Part shown: one piece after another, positions 37,800-49,685 of the stretch
Position numbering within the stretch: the stretch's first letter is position 1
Layout: every line of letters starts with the position of its first letter
Origin: Mobula hypostoma
Lineage: Eukaryota
Direction of reading: 5' to 3'
Assembly: GCF_963921235.1 (NCBI RefSeq)
Contig: NC_086107.1
Coordinates: forward strand, 93,808,001-93,872,000
DNA: 64,000 nucleotides
Made by a program: the position numbers and the translations under genes
The notes under the pieces: generated by a model
The model's database searches: none
What the model was told of the DNA's origin: nothing
What the model saw: only the letters and a program-made list of their open reading frames with translations

Positions 37800-38083
37800 C
37801 AACGCACACAAAATGCTGGGGAACTCGGCAGGATCTACGGAGCTGAATAAATACTTGACAATTCGGGACAAAGCCCTTCATCAGGATTCGAATTTCCAGC
37901 ATTTTCAGAATTTCTTGTGTTTAAGAAATTATTTGACCATTTGATCATCAGGATGAGTCCTAATGACAGGTCTTGGCCCAAAACGTTGACTGTTTATTCC
38001 CCTCCATAGAGGCTGCCTGACCTGCTGAGTTTCTCTGGCATTAAGTGTGTTTTGTCCTGGATTTCCAGCATGTCTCCTGTGTT
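37800..38083. mobile_element. Two adjacent PLE pLTR insertions
   Basis: Inverted and direct pLTR pieces; flanking repeats ttaagaa(t/a)ttat and attatttga. Confidence 0.7.
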
Positions 38084-38329
38084 TATTATTTGAACCTTGA
38101 CGAGGGCTAGATTGTTCCTGGGGCTTATTGAGGACCAGTGTCCTGCATCACAGAGAGTAACAGAACAACACCACAAAGAAATAGGCTCTTTGGCCTATCT
38201 AGTCTGTGTTTTTTTTATATACACTATTTCTGTTTTTGCATATTTTTTAATCTATTCAATATACGTAATTGATTTACTTGTTTATTTATTATTATTGTTT
38301 TTATTTTATTATTTTTTTCTCTGCTAGAT

Positions 38330-40057
38330 ATAGAAACATAGAAACATAGAAAATAGGTGCAGGAGTAGGCCATTCGGCCCTTCGAGCCTGCATCGCCATT
38401 TATTATGATCATGGCTGATCATCCAACTCAGAACCCCGCCCCAGCCTTCCCTCCATACCCCCTGACCCCTGTAGCCACAAGGGCCATATCTAACTCCCTC
38501 TTAAACATAGCCAATGAACTGGCCTCAACTGTTTCCTGTGGCAGAGAATTCCACAGATTCACCACTCTCTGTGTGAAGAAGTTTTTCCTAATCTCGGTCC
38601 TAAAAGGCTTCCCCTCTATCCTCAAACTGTGACCCCTCGTTCTGGACTTCCCCAACATCGGGAACAATCTTCCTGCATCTAGCCTGTCCAATCCCTTTAG
38701 GATCTTATACGTTTCAATCAGATCCCCCCTCAATCTTCTAAATTCCAACGAGTACAAGCCCAGTTCATCCAGTCTTTCTTCATATGAAAGTCCTGCCATC
38801 CCAGGAATCAATCTGGTGAACCTTCTTTGTACTCCCTCTATGGCAAAGATGTCTTTCCTCAGATTAGGGGACCAAAACTGCACACAATACTCCAGGTGTG
38901 GTCTCACCAAGGCCTTGTACAACTGCAGTAGTACCTCCCTGCTCCTGTACTCGAATCCTCTCGCTATAAATGCCAGCATACCATTCGCCTTTTTCACCGC
39001 CTGCTGTACCTGCATGCCCACTTTCAATGACTGGTGTATAATGACACCCAGGTCTCGTTGCACCTCCCCTTTTCCAAATCAGCCACCATTCAGATAATAA
39101 TCTGTTTTCCTATTTTTGCCACCAAAGTGGATAACTTCACATTTATCCACATTAAATTGCATCTGCCATGAGTTTGCCCACTCACCCAACCTATCCAAGT
39201 CACCCTGCATCCTCTTAGCATCCTCCTCACTGCTAACACTGCCACCCAGCTTCGTGTCATCCGCAAACTTGGAGATGCTGCATTTAATTCCCTCATCCAA
39301 GTCATTAATATATATTGTAAACAACTGGGGTCCCAGCACTGAGCCTTGCGGTACCCCACTAGTCACCGCCTGCCATTCTGAAAAGGTCCCGTTTATTCCC
39401 ACTCTTTGCTTCCTGTCTGCTAACCAATTCTCCACCCACACCAATACCTTACCCCCAATACCGTGTGCTTTAAGTTTGCACACTAATCTCCTGTGTGGGA
39501 CCTTGTCAAAAGCCTTTTGAAAATCCAAATATACCACATCCACTGGTTCTCCCCTATCCACTCTACTAGTTACATCCTCAAAAAATTCTATGAGATTCGT
39601 CAGACATGATTTTCCTTTCACAAATCCATACTGACTTTGTCCGATCATTTCACCGCTTTCCAAATGTGCTGTTATCACATCCTTGATAACTGACTCCAGC
39701 AGTTTCCCCACCACCGACGATAGGCTAACCGGTCTATAATTCCCCGGTTTCTCTCTCCCTCCTTTTTTAAAAAGTGGGGTTACATTAGCCACCCTCCAAT
39801 CCTCAGGAACTAGTCCAGAATCTAACGAGTTTTGAAAAATTATCATTAATGCATCCACTATTTCTTGGGCTACTTCCTTAAGCACTCTAGGATGCAGACC
39901 ATCTGGCCCTGGGGATTTATCTGCCTTCAATCCCTTCAATTTACCTAACACCACTTCCCTCAGTGGTTTTACCTAACACCACTTCCCTCATCATTTCACT
40001 CAGTTCCTCCATCTCACTGGACCCTCTGTCCCTTACTATTTCTGGAAGATTATTTAA
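38330..40057 (-). mobile_element. Young 5'-truncated CR1 LINE (RT region, one frameshift near 39075)
   Basis: ORFs 39079-39954 (KSPGPDG, YLDFQKAFDKV, GVPQGSVLGP, FADD) and 38428-39063; (ctatgttt)n tail; agat on both flanks. Confidence 0.95.
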
Positions 40058-40658
40058 AGATTATGTACTGCATTGAACTGCTGCTGCTAAGTTAATAAAT
40101 TTCACGTCACGTGCCGGTGATAATAAAGCTGATTCTGATTCAAACTGTTATTTTGCCTACTTCTATCAATCTGCACCTGGACCATAGCCCTTCATACTCC
40201 TCACATCACTGTATTTATCCAAACTTCTCTTAAATGTTTAAATCAAAACCCCATCCACCGCATCACTGGCACTTGCTCACGTCACCACCCTCTCAAGTGC
40301 GCCTTAATCATTTCACCTTTGACCCTTGACCCATGACCTCTAGTTCTAGCCTCACCAAACCTCAGTGGGAAAAGCTTGCTTACATTCACCCTCTCTCTAC
40401 CCCAGGGCGCTATAGGAATGCGAACAGTTAGTAAGAAGGGGGAGAGAAGTGCGGACTCAAGTTTTGATTTCCTTCATAATTAACAGGGCGCACCACCGAA
40501 GTGATCTGAAACCATCAGCCGTGAAGGACAGTAAATGACAAACATGGCAACTATAATGATAGCAACACACATCAAAGTTGCTGGTGAATGCAGCAGGCCA
40601 GGCAGCATCTGTAGGAAGAGGTGCAGTCGACGTTTCAGGCCGAGACCCTTCGTCAGGA

Positions 40659-40978
40659 GCGTAGGTGTGAGGCAACATTTCACCTGTGAGTCGACTGGGG
40701 TGATATACTGCGTCCGGTGCTCCCGATGTGGCCTTTTATATATTGGCGAGACCCGACACAGACTGGGACATCTACACTCTGTCCGCCAGAGAAAGCAGGA
40801 TCTCCCAGTGGCCACACATTTTAATTCCACGTCCCATTCCCATTCTGACATGTCCATCCACGGCCTCCTCTACTGTAAAGATGAAGCCACACTCAGGTTG
40901 GAGGAACAACACCTTATATTCCGTCTGGGTAGCCTCCAACCTGATGGCATGAACATCGACTTCTCTAACTTCCGCTAA
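40659..40978 (+). pseudogene. Penelope-type GIY-YIG endonuclease C-terminal remnant
   Basis: FTCESTGVIYCVRCSRCGLLYIGET...H...PVATHFN...H...RLEEQHLIFRLGSLQPDGMN. Confidence 0.9.
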
Positions 40979-41268
40979 GGCCCCACCTCCCCCTCGTACC
41001 CCATCTGTTACTCATTTTTACGCACACATTCTTTCTCTCACTCTCCTTTTTCTCCCTCTGTCCCTCTGAATATACCTCTTGCCCATCCTCTGGGTCCCCC
41101 CCCTTGTCTTTCTTCTCGGACCTCCTGTCCAATGATCCTCTCATATCCCTTTTGCCTATCACCTGTCCAGCTCTTGGCTCCATCCCTCCCCCTCCTGTCT
41201 TCTCCTATCATTTTGGATCTCTCCCTCCCCCTCCAACTTTCAAATCCCTTACTCACTCTTCCTTCAGT

Positions 41269-41306
41269 TAGTCCTGACGAAGGGTCTCGGCCTGAAACGT
41301 CGACTG
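41269..41306 (+). ncRNA. Minimal type I hammerhead ribozyme motif (best-preserved copy)
   Basis: Stem I tagtc/gactg; core CTGACGA (41274-41280); stem II agggtctcggcct; GAAA (41294-41297); palindromic ACGT in place of stem III; predicted cut after GUC at 41301. Confidence 0.75.
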
Positions 41307-42123
41307 CACCTCTTCCTAGAGATGCTGCCTGGCCTGCTGCGTTCACCAGCAACTTTGATGTGTGTTGCCTGAATTTCCAGCATCTGCAGAATTCCTGTTG
41401 TTAACTATAATGATACTTAGTTGCTCAAAGGCTAAATATCAGATCATTTTCCCACATCAATCATTTATACAACTTTGAGTCATGAAATTAATCCACACTA
41501 ATTAAAACCTTTACAGAGAAGGTGAAGATCAGGCAGTAAGGCGGGCTGGAATGTGCTTCATGTCTCATCGATCGCTGGAGACAGCAGTGGTATCTTTTCT
41601 TCCCTGAATGGCAACGTGAATACCCCCACTCCCCCCACGGCATGAAGTCTACCATCTTAAAACTGGTAGCTACCTTTCAGTCAAAGAGGACGTAAAATCA
41701 TCCCTAATCCTCTTAACTCTGGTGTTAAATCCCCCTGCTAGGAGGGCCGTTATGAACGACAGGCTGCGCTGTCTGCTGATCTGTTTTCTAACATGTTATA
41801 TCTTATACCACACGGCGGCTGCGAAAGGAGCTTAAGGACGAGCCAATTAAATTCTGCACTGGAAATGTTACACGCTCGAGGAAGTAACGAGTCCTGAACT
41901 TTCAGGAGCAGTTTGACAGTGTGAACTTGCCACCAGCCCTGCAAATGCACCATTATTATGGGAGTTCACAACTGTAATGGCGATATTTCACTGCCGCTGC
42001 GCCAGATGCAGTCCACTGCGTGAAATCGGCGAGACGCTGCGGACTGGAAGCTGCCCCGGCGAGCACCTTCGCTCTATCCAGCATACCAAGCGGGTTCTCG
42101 CCAGTCAGCCACTTTAATTCCAT

Positions 42124-42311
42124 GAACAAAGAAATTCTGCGGATGCTGGAAATTCACAGCAATACCACACGGATGCTGGAGGATCTCAGCAGGTCGGGCA
42201 CTATCTGTGGGAAAGAGTCCTGAAGAAGGGTCTCGGCAACAACGTCGACCGCTTCACTCTTTTCCATAGATGCTTCTTGACCTGCTGAGTTCCTCCAGCA
42301 TTTCGTGTTAT
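42124..42311. mobile_element. PLE fold-back insertion nested in an older PLE GIY-YIG remnant
   Basis: 11-bp TSD tttaattccat (42113-42123, 42312-42322); host reads PVSHFNS...EARCRLEEQH. Confidence 0.85.
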
Positions 42312-44406
42312 TTTAATTCCATTAGCACGCTAACGTGTCTGTCCACAGCCTCCACCAACACCAGGTTGAAGCCAGATGCAGATTAGAGGAACAGCATCGA
42401 AAGATCATAAGACTTAAAAACAGTATTAGTCCATTTGGGCCATCAAGTTTGTTCCGCCATTCGATCATAGCTGATCAACCCCATTCATCTGTCTTCTCCT
42501 CGTAACCTTTGACACACTTACTAATCAAGAAACTACCAACCCTTGCTTAAGTATACCCAATCATCTTTGCCTTAAATATACCCTCAGCCTCAAATTCCAC
42601 AAATTCATCTCCCTCTTTCTAAAGAAATTCCTCAGCATCTCATATTCTGCCTTGATAATCTCCAACCCAATAGCACAAACATCATCTTCTCTAACTTCAG
42701 TAACCGCTCTCCACTGCGCCCTTTTTTCCCTTATCACACTGGTTCCATCACCCCATCTCCTCCCCTCACCCCTCATCTTCCCATCACCCACACACTACTC
42801 CCTCTGGATCCCCTCCCCAACTTTCTCCCTTTCTTCCATGCCCCACCTTCCTCTCCTATCAGATTCCATCTTCTTCAGCCCTTCATCACTTCCACCAATC
42901 ACCTGCCAGCTTCTGTCATCATTCCCACTCTTTCCTCTCCCTCACTTGCCTATCACGCCCTCACCTGGACCCAGCTATCACCTGTAGGTTCTTGGTCCAC
43001 ACCTTCCCCCTCCCAACCTCTTTAGACCAACTATCTCCCCGCTTGCTTTCTGTTTCAGGTGAAGATCAGCTTTTATTTGTAACATTTTCGGTGTGTGGCT
43101 CGTGGCCAAGTGGTTAAGGCGTTGGTCTAGTGATCTGAAGGTCACTAGTTCAAGCCTCAGCTGAGGCAGCATGTTGTGTCCTTGAGCAAGGCACTTAACC
43201 ACACATTGCTGTGCGTCGACACCGGTGTATGTGTCCTAATGCCCTTCCCTTGGACAATATCGGGCTCTTCCCTTGGACAATATTGGTGGCGCTGAGAGGG
43301 GAGACCTGCTTGTTTTCCTGCTGGTTTTCCATACAACCTTGCCCAGGCCTCAGTCAACATTGAAAATTGATGGACAGCCGAAGAAGAGTACTGTGGATTG
43401 TGCTGGGGCAGCCCACAAGGGACGCCATGTTTCTGGCACCAACATAGCACACGCACAACTTACGAACCCTAACTGGTGCATCTTAGGAATGTGGGAGGAA
43501 GCCCATGTGGCTATAGGGAGAATGTACAAATTCCTTACAGACAGTGGCAGATTAGTGGCACTGCAAAGCGTTACGCTAACCACTACACTACCATGTTGTC
43601 CACAGGTCGAGTCCTGAATCATTGACTGTCCATTTCCCTCCACAGATGCCATTTGGCCCACTGAGTTCCTCCTCTTCTTTTATTGTGTGAAATTTTCCGT
43701 CGTAAAAATCTCAACAGAAGGATAAATCTCACAGAGCTGGGTTTTGATGCAGTTCAGATTAATTTATTTATCACACGTACTGTACATTAATACATAGAGG
43801 GAAATCCAGTCACTTCCCTTAACAACCAACATGTACTGAGGGCAGCCTGCATGGACTGCTAGGAACTTCCAGTCAAGATGGTGCCGAGCTGCGATGTCCA
43901 GTGAGTCTGTGGCTCAGACTTAGTTGCTTTCTGGTTTTGGGGTCAGTGCGTGGAGTTGGGGGGTTGGGTTAGGGTTTAGGGATAGGAATGAGGGGAGTTA
44001 AAGGTTAGGGGCAGGAGCCGGTATTTGGGTCAAGATGGTGCCGAGCTGTGATGTCCACCATGGTCATGGCTCTGAGTTAGTTGTTTTTTTGTGGGTTAGG
44101 GATGGTGTAAGGGATATTGTAGGGAGTTACGTGACAGGGATGAGGTGTGTTAGGAGTTAGAGGCAGTATTATGAAGAGAATCCAGGTCACAGTGCTCCGC
44201 AGTGGAAGGCCAGTGATCCCTGTGGAAGCCCATGGGGGCAGGAGGCACAAAGCCGGAAATGTCGACAATTCCTTCCTTACTCGCCCCCAAACCCCCCCCC
44301 CCCACAGCGGCTGCTTGACCCTCTGAATTCCTCCAGCAGATTGTTTTTTGCTTCAGATTCCAGAAAAAGAGATCAAAGTTCAAAGTAAATTTATTATCGA
44401 AGTACA

Positions 44407-45277
44407 TGTAAAGTCCTGGTTAAGACTTCTACTGCGATGCTGTAGGTATTTCATTTCATTTAGCAGTTTTCTGCAAAAGCAGTTTGTCCTGCTGGTGGAA
44501 TGCTTTAGTTTTGGCTAAAGACGAGAAGCTCTGCTGTTCAACTTAGGGATGTTGTGCCAGCCGGTCAGGTTGGTGGGATATGGAGAAAGTTCTAGAGAGA
44601 GCCGGGCGGAGAGAATTTTGTGATGGACAGTAGTCTGGTTTGGCGGGAGCTGCAGAGTGGGGCACAAGGGAAGATGCTGCAGAATACCGTTGTAAGGAGA
44701 GACCCCATTGCAAAGAGAGACCCCATTGCAAGGTGTGCTTTGTGCAGATGAATAGCTTGAAGGAGGAAGGACAATACTCCTGAGCCAGTTTGCTCAAAGT
44801 GGTCTTCGAGGGGAGTTTGAAAATGTGGCGGGTGTTTTCACGCAGACTGTGGGTCCAGCGCGTGAGTAAGAGATACACCCCCGAATACCCAGCTTTGGAA
44901 GAGACGAGCTCCAATGTTCATGTGCGCATTGGACTGGTTTAACTGTAATGGGCCCTTTTATTTTTTTTCTTTCTTTTCTTTCTCTTAGTAACTGTTTGAT
45001 CAAGCTGAAATTAGCAAATACACTTTCTATATAATTTTATGCGCTGTACGATCTGTTATTTCTTGTCAACCAATAACTGTGCATGTGCAGTATTTGCACA
45101 GCATTCACTCAAATCGAGGTTTCTTTAATCGGAACATCACAACTTTCCTGTTTGGTTGAGCCCCAGATCATACCAACCCTTGACGTCTATTGTCTATGAA
45201 AGGTGGCCTTCTCACCGTTGAGTCACCTGGCTGTCAGCAGAGCTGAATTTGTATATGTGCCAGGTGAGAGGGTTACG
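44407..45277. mobile_element. Possible solo LTR
   Basis: Starts tgtaa and ends ttacg; interrupts a LINE tail (aagtaca|...taaatg); no ORF. Confidence 0.45.
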
Positions 45278-46194
45278 GACGTAAATGCTAACTTATTATA
45301 TACAACTAAATTTTTTACTTTAGCCAGAGGGTGGTGAGTCTGGGGAATTCATTGCCACAAATGACTGTGGAGACCAAGTTGTTGAGTGTACTTGGAGGTA
45401 GACAGGTTATTGATTAGTCAGGGTATGAAAGGTTACGGGGAGGAGGAAGGAGAATGGGGTTAAGGGGGATAATAAATCAGCCATGAGTGAATGACAGAGT
45501 GGACACAAAGGGTCAAATGGCGTAAGTCTGGTCCCATGTATTATGCTTGTAAATAGGAGAAAGACAGAAGACAGGTAGGAATGGTGAGCGCTGAGGCGAA
45601 CTTGAAAACCTGAGGGTTAAGAGCCGAGGGTACGGCCAACAACGGCGAGGCAAACAACTGGACAACAAATGAGAACCAGAATGGCTGTTCTGTGTGCTTG
45701 TGCACGTTTGCCAATGATGCCATTAGCAGAAGCAATTTGAGGTGGCAGATTAAGAACCTCACAGAAGCAGTGTCTAAGTGCAATTTGTCTCAAGGCAAAT
45801 AGGAACTATATAAGAAATAAATGTGGTGACAAGGCTTACTGTTTTTCAGCTGGCAGCCACAATCAAGCACGCCTCTTGACTTGCTAATCAGACAGACTAG
45901 CCAGTTTCATCACTCTCTCTTCATTAATCTAATGATGTGGCTCAGGTTCAGACCAGCCTAGTCTCTGCTTTCCGCTCACTGTATTATGGAACCTTTATGG
46001 GAGACTAATGGAGAGGGTTCAAAGGAGGTTCACAGGAATGAAAAGGTTAATGTACGAGGAGCGTTTGATTGCTCTAGGCCTGTAATCACTGGAGTTTAGA
46101 AGAATGAGGGGGGTGGGGGAGGGATCGCACTGAAAACTATCAAATATTGAAAGACCAATTTCGAGTAGATGTGGAGAGGATGCTTCCTATAGTG

Positions 46195-46261
46195 CAGGGA
46201 TTCCCAACCTTTTTTATGCCATGGATGGAGGGGTCCATGGACCCCAGGTTGGGAACCCCTC
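46195..46261. mobile_element. hAT-type mini-MITE inside a CR1 remnant (host ~46000-47110)
   Basis: TIRs cagggattcccaacct / aggttgggaacccct. Confidence 0.75.
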
Positions 46262-47734
46262 CTCTCATGGGAGAGTCTAAGAACAGGGACACAGCCTCAG
46301 AACACAAGGACATCCCTTCAGATCAGAGATGGGAAGGAATTTCTCAGCCAGAAGACGGTGAATCTGTGGAAGTTATTGCCGCAGACGGCTGTGGATGCCA
46401 TGCCATTCGGTATACTTGTGTAAAGTGGAGTTTAATGGGTTCTTGATTAGTGGGGGAAGCAAAGGTTACAGGGGGAAAGCAGGAGGATAGGGTTAAAAGG
46501 AATAGCAGTTTTGTATTTGCACAGTTTGTCAGTCCTTGTGTGTAGCTCTTCATTGATTCTATTGCATTTCTTTGTTCTACTACGAATTCCTCCAAGGAAA
46601 TACTTTATACTTTATACTTTATTGTCGCCAAACAATTGATACTAGAACGTACAATCATCACAGCGATATTTGATTCTGCGCTTTCCGCTCCCTGGAGTAA
46701 AAAATGAATCTCAGAGTAGTACAAGGTGACATATACTGTATGTACTTTAATAATAAACTTACATTGAACTTTGAACTTAAATCAGCCATGGTGAAATGGT
46801 GGGGCAGTATCAATTTCACCAACCAGCCTCCCAGCTCTTTTACTTCATCCCTCCCCCTTCATTTCACCTATCACCTTGTGCTTCTCTCTCCTCCCCTTCC
46901 TTTTAAATCTTCTCCTCAGTTTTTTAACTCCAGTCTTCCAAAGGGTCTCAGCCCGAAACGTCGACTGTTGACTCTTTCCCATGGATGCTGCCTGGCCTGC
47001 TGAGTTCCTCCAGCATTTTGTGTGTGTTGCTTGGATTTCCAGCATCTGCAGATTTTCTCTTGTTTGTCAATGGACCCAATGGCCTATTTCTGCTCCTATC
47101 TTGTGGTCTAATATCATTTTGGACCAAATCCAGCCAAAGTCCATTTCCAGGATCTTAAGATCTGCAAGGTATAGGCAATGTAAAAATAGAAACACAAGAA
47201 ACACAATAAAATCAATGAAAGACTGCACCCAACAGGAGGAACAACAATGTGCAAAAGGCAACAAACTGTGCAAATACAAAAAGTAAAAACAGAAGAAAGA
47301 ATAATAATAAATAAATAAGCAATAAATAGAGAACATGAGATGAAGAGCCCTTGAACGCGAGTCCATAAGTTGTGGGAATAGTTCAGCAATGGAGCCAGTG
47401 AAGTTGATTGAAGTTATCCACTCCGGTTTAAGAGCCTGATGGCTGAGGGGTAATAACTATTCCTGAACCTGTTTGTATGGATCCTAAGGCTCCTGAACCT
47501 TCTTCCTGATGGCAGCAGCAGTAACAATGGATACAGCCACGTCCACCATGGGTAAAGCCCTCCCCACCATTGATCATACCTGCAGAGTGCTGTGGCAGGA
47601 AAGGGCATTGGTATTTCCATACCGGGCCATAATTCAATCAGTCAATACACTCTCCAACACACATCTACAGATTTGCCAAAGTTTTAGATGACATGCCAAA
47701 TCTTCAGACTTCCACAACCAACTAGTCTGCTGGC

Positions 47735-49660
47735 GAATGTATAGTCTCTGAAACATAAAATTGAAGACCTCAGAACAAGATTGCTGTACCAGCAGGACAT
47801 CAGGGACTGCTGTGTACTTTGCTTCACAGAAACATGGCTATCCTGCACCATCTCGGACACAACACTGCAGCCCAATGGCTTCACCATTCTCTGCAAAGAT
47901 AGAACAGCCCGGTCTGTTAAAAGTAGAGGAGGTGGAGTATGCTTTATGGCCAACTTATCGTGGTGCACAAATGTGGTGGTCCTGTCTCAGTCCTGCTCAC
48001 CTGACCTGGAGCATCTAAAAGCCAGATCTCATCCATTTCATCTGCTGAGGGAGATTTACGCCATGATTCTTGTAGCTATGTATATTCCACCTCAGTCCAG
48101 TGTCAGGCAGGCTCTGGAGGAACTGAGCAACATAATCAGCAGGAATGAAATAGCCTGCCCTTTCATTTTGGGAGCTATCAACCAGGACAGCTTGAAAAAG
48201 TCTCTGAACAACTACCACCTACATTTCACTTGTGGAAACAGAGGAGCCAACACACTTGAGCACCATCAAAAATACCTACCATACCATCCTATGCCCACAC
48301 TTTGGGAAGTCCAATCACCTGGCTGTAATACTCCCAGCGCATAGGCAGAGACTAAAGACCACAGCACCAGTGGTGAGGACCAAGAAGGTATGGTCAAAGG
48401 AGGCAGAAGAGCACTTACAAGACTGCTTTGAGTCGGTGAACTGGACAATATTCAGGAACTCATCTCTGAGTCTGAATGAATACACCAGAGTTATCACCAA
48501 CTTCACAACAATCTGTGTGAATGAGTGCGTGCCTTTGGGAACATTCCATGCGCATCCCAAGTCAAAAGCCATAGATGAACCAGGAGAGTCTGCTGAGGGC
48601 TAGAACTGTGGCATTCAAGACCGGTAATCCAGAACTATACAAGAAGTCCAGTTACGACCGAAGGAAGGCTAGCTTAAGAGTGAAAAAACACAGGATTGAA
48701 AAAAGCGGCAGAGAGTTGCAAACGCAGCCGGCTCCATCATGGGCACTCGGCTCCCCAGCATTCAGGACACCATCAAAAGGCGATGCACCAAAAAGGTGGC
48801 ATCTATCACTAAGGACCCAGCATCACCCAGGGCATGCCCTCTTTTCATTGCTACCATCAAGGGTGGCATCCATCACTAAGGACCCAGCATCACCCAGGGC
48901 ATGCCCTCTTTTCATTGCTACCATCAAGGGTGGCATCCGTCACTAAGGACCCAGCATCACCCAGGGCATGCCCTCTTTTCATTGCTACCATCAAGGGTGG
49001 CATCCGTCGCTAAGGACCCAGCATCACCCAGGGCATGCCCTCTTTTCATTGCTACCATCAAGGGTGGCATCCGTCGCTAAGGACCCAGCATCACCCAGGG
49101 CATGCCCTCTTTTCATTGCTACCATCAAGGGTGGCATCCGTCGCTAAGGACCCAGCATCACCCAGGGCATGCCCTCTTTTCATTGCTACCATCAAGGGTG
49201 GCATCCGTCACTAAGGACCCAGCATCACCCAGGGCATGCCCTCTTTTCATTGCTACCATCAAGGGTGGCATCCATCACTAAGGACCCAGCATCACCTAGG
49301 GCATGCCCTCTTTTCATTGCTACCATCAAGGGTGGCATCCGTCACTAAGGACCCAGCATCACCCAGGGCATGCCCTCTTTTCATTGCTACCATCAAAATT
49401 AGTAAAAGAGCCTGAAGGCCCCCACTCAACGTTTTAGGAACAGCTTCTTCCCCTCCGCCATCATATTTCTGAATGGACAATGAACCCATGAACACTTCCT
49501 CAGTACTTATGTCCGTCCCTTGTTTCACTACTTGTTTGATTTTTGATAATATATATATTATTGTAATTCATAGTTTTTATTACTATGTATCGCAATGCAC
49601 TGCTGCCACAAAACAAAAAATTTCACGACATATCCTGGTGATATTAAACCTGATTCTGAA
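47735..49660 (+). mobile_element. Rex1/Babar LINE with endonuclease remnant, RT core missing, 3' end retained
   Basis: DCCVLCFTETWL, SRGGGVC, YIPP, PHFGKSNHL, LQDCFESVNW; jumps near 48700 to C-terminal sequence; aaacctgattctga tail. Confidence 0.85.
48795..49396 (+). repeat. Minisatellite, 9 x 67 bp, derived from LINE coding sequence
   Basis: Units start at 48795, 48862, 48929, 48996, 49063, 49130, 49197, 49264, 49331. Confidence 0.97.
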
Positions 49661-49685
49661 TCACATTAGCTTAAGAAGCCTTTCA

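Larger units (their letters stand above)
40562..41402 (+). mobile_element. PLE insertion: inverted partial pLTR, GIY-YIG end, full pLTR
   Basis: 13-bp TSD aactataatgata (40549-40561, 41403-41415); 40562-40658 is the reverse complement of 41272-41368. Confidence 0.95.

Noticed and set aside
43960..44012. Interstitial telomere
   Set aside because: Only scattered TTAGGG-like hexamers, no true array.
48795..49396. CRISPR-like array
   Set aside because: Contiguous 67-bp units with no unique spacers, derived from a LINE, in eukaryotic DNA with no cas genes.
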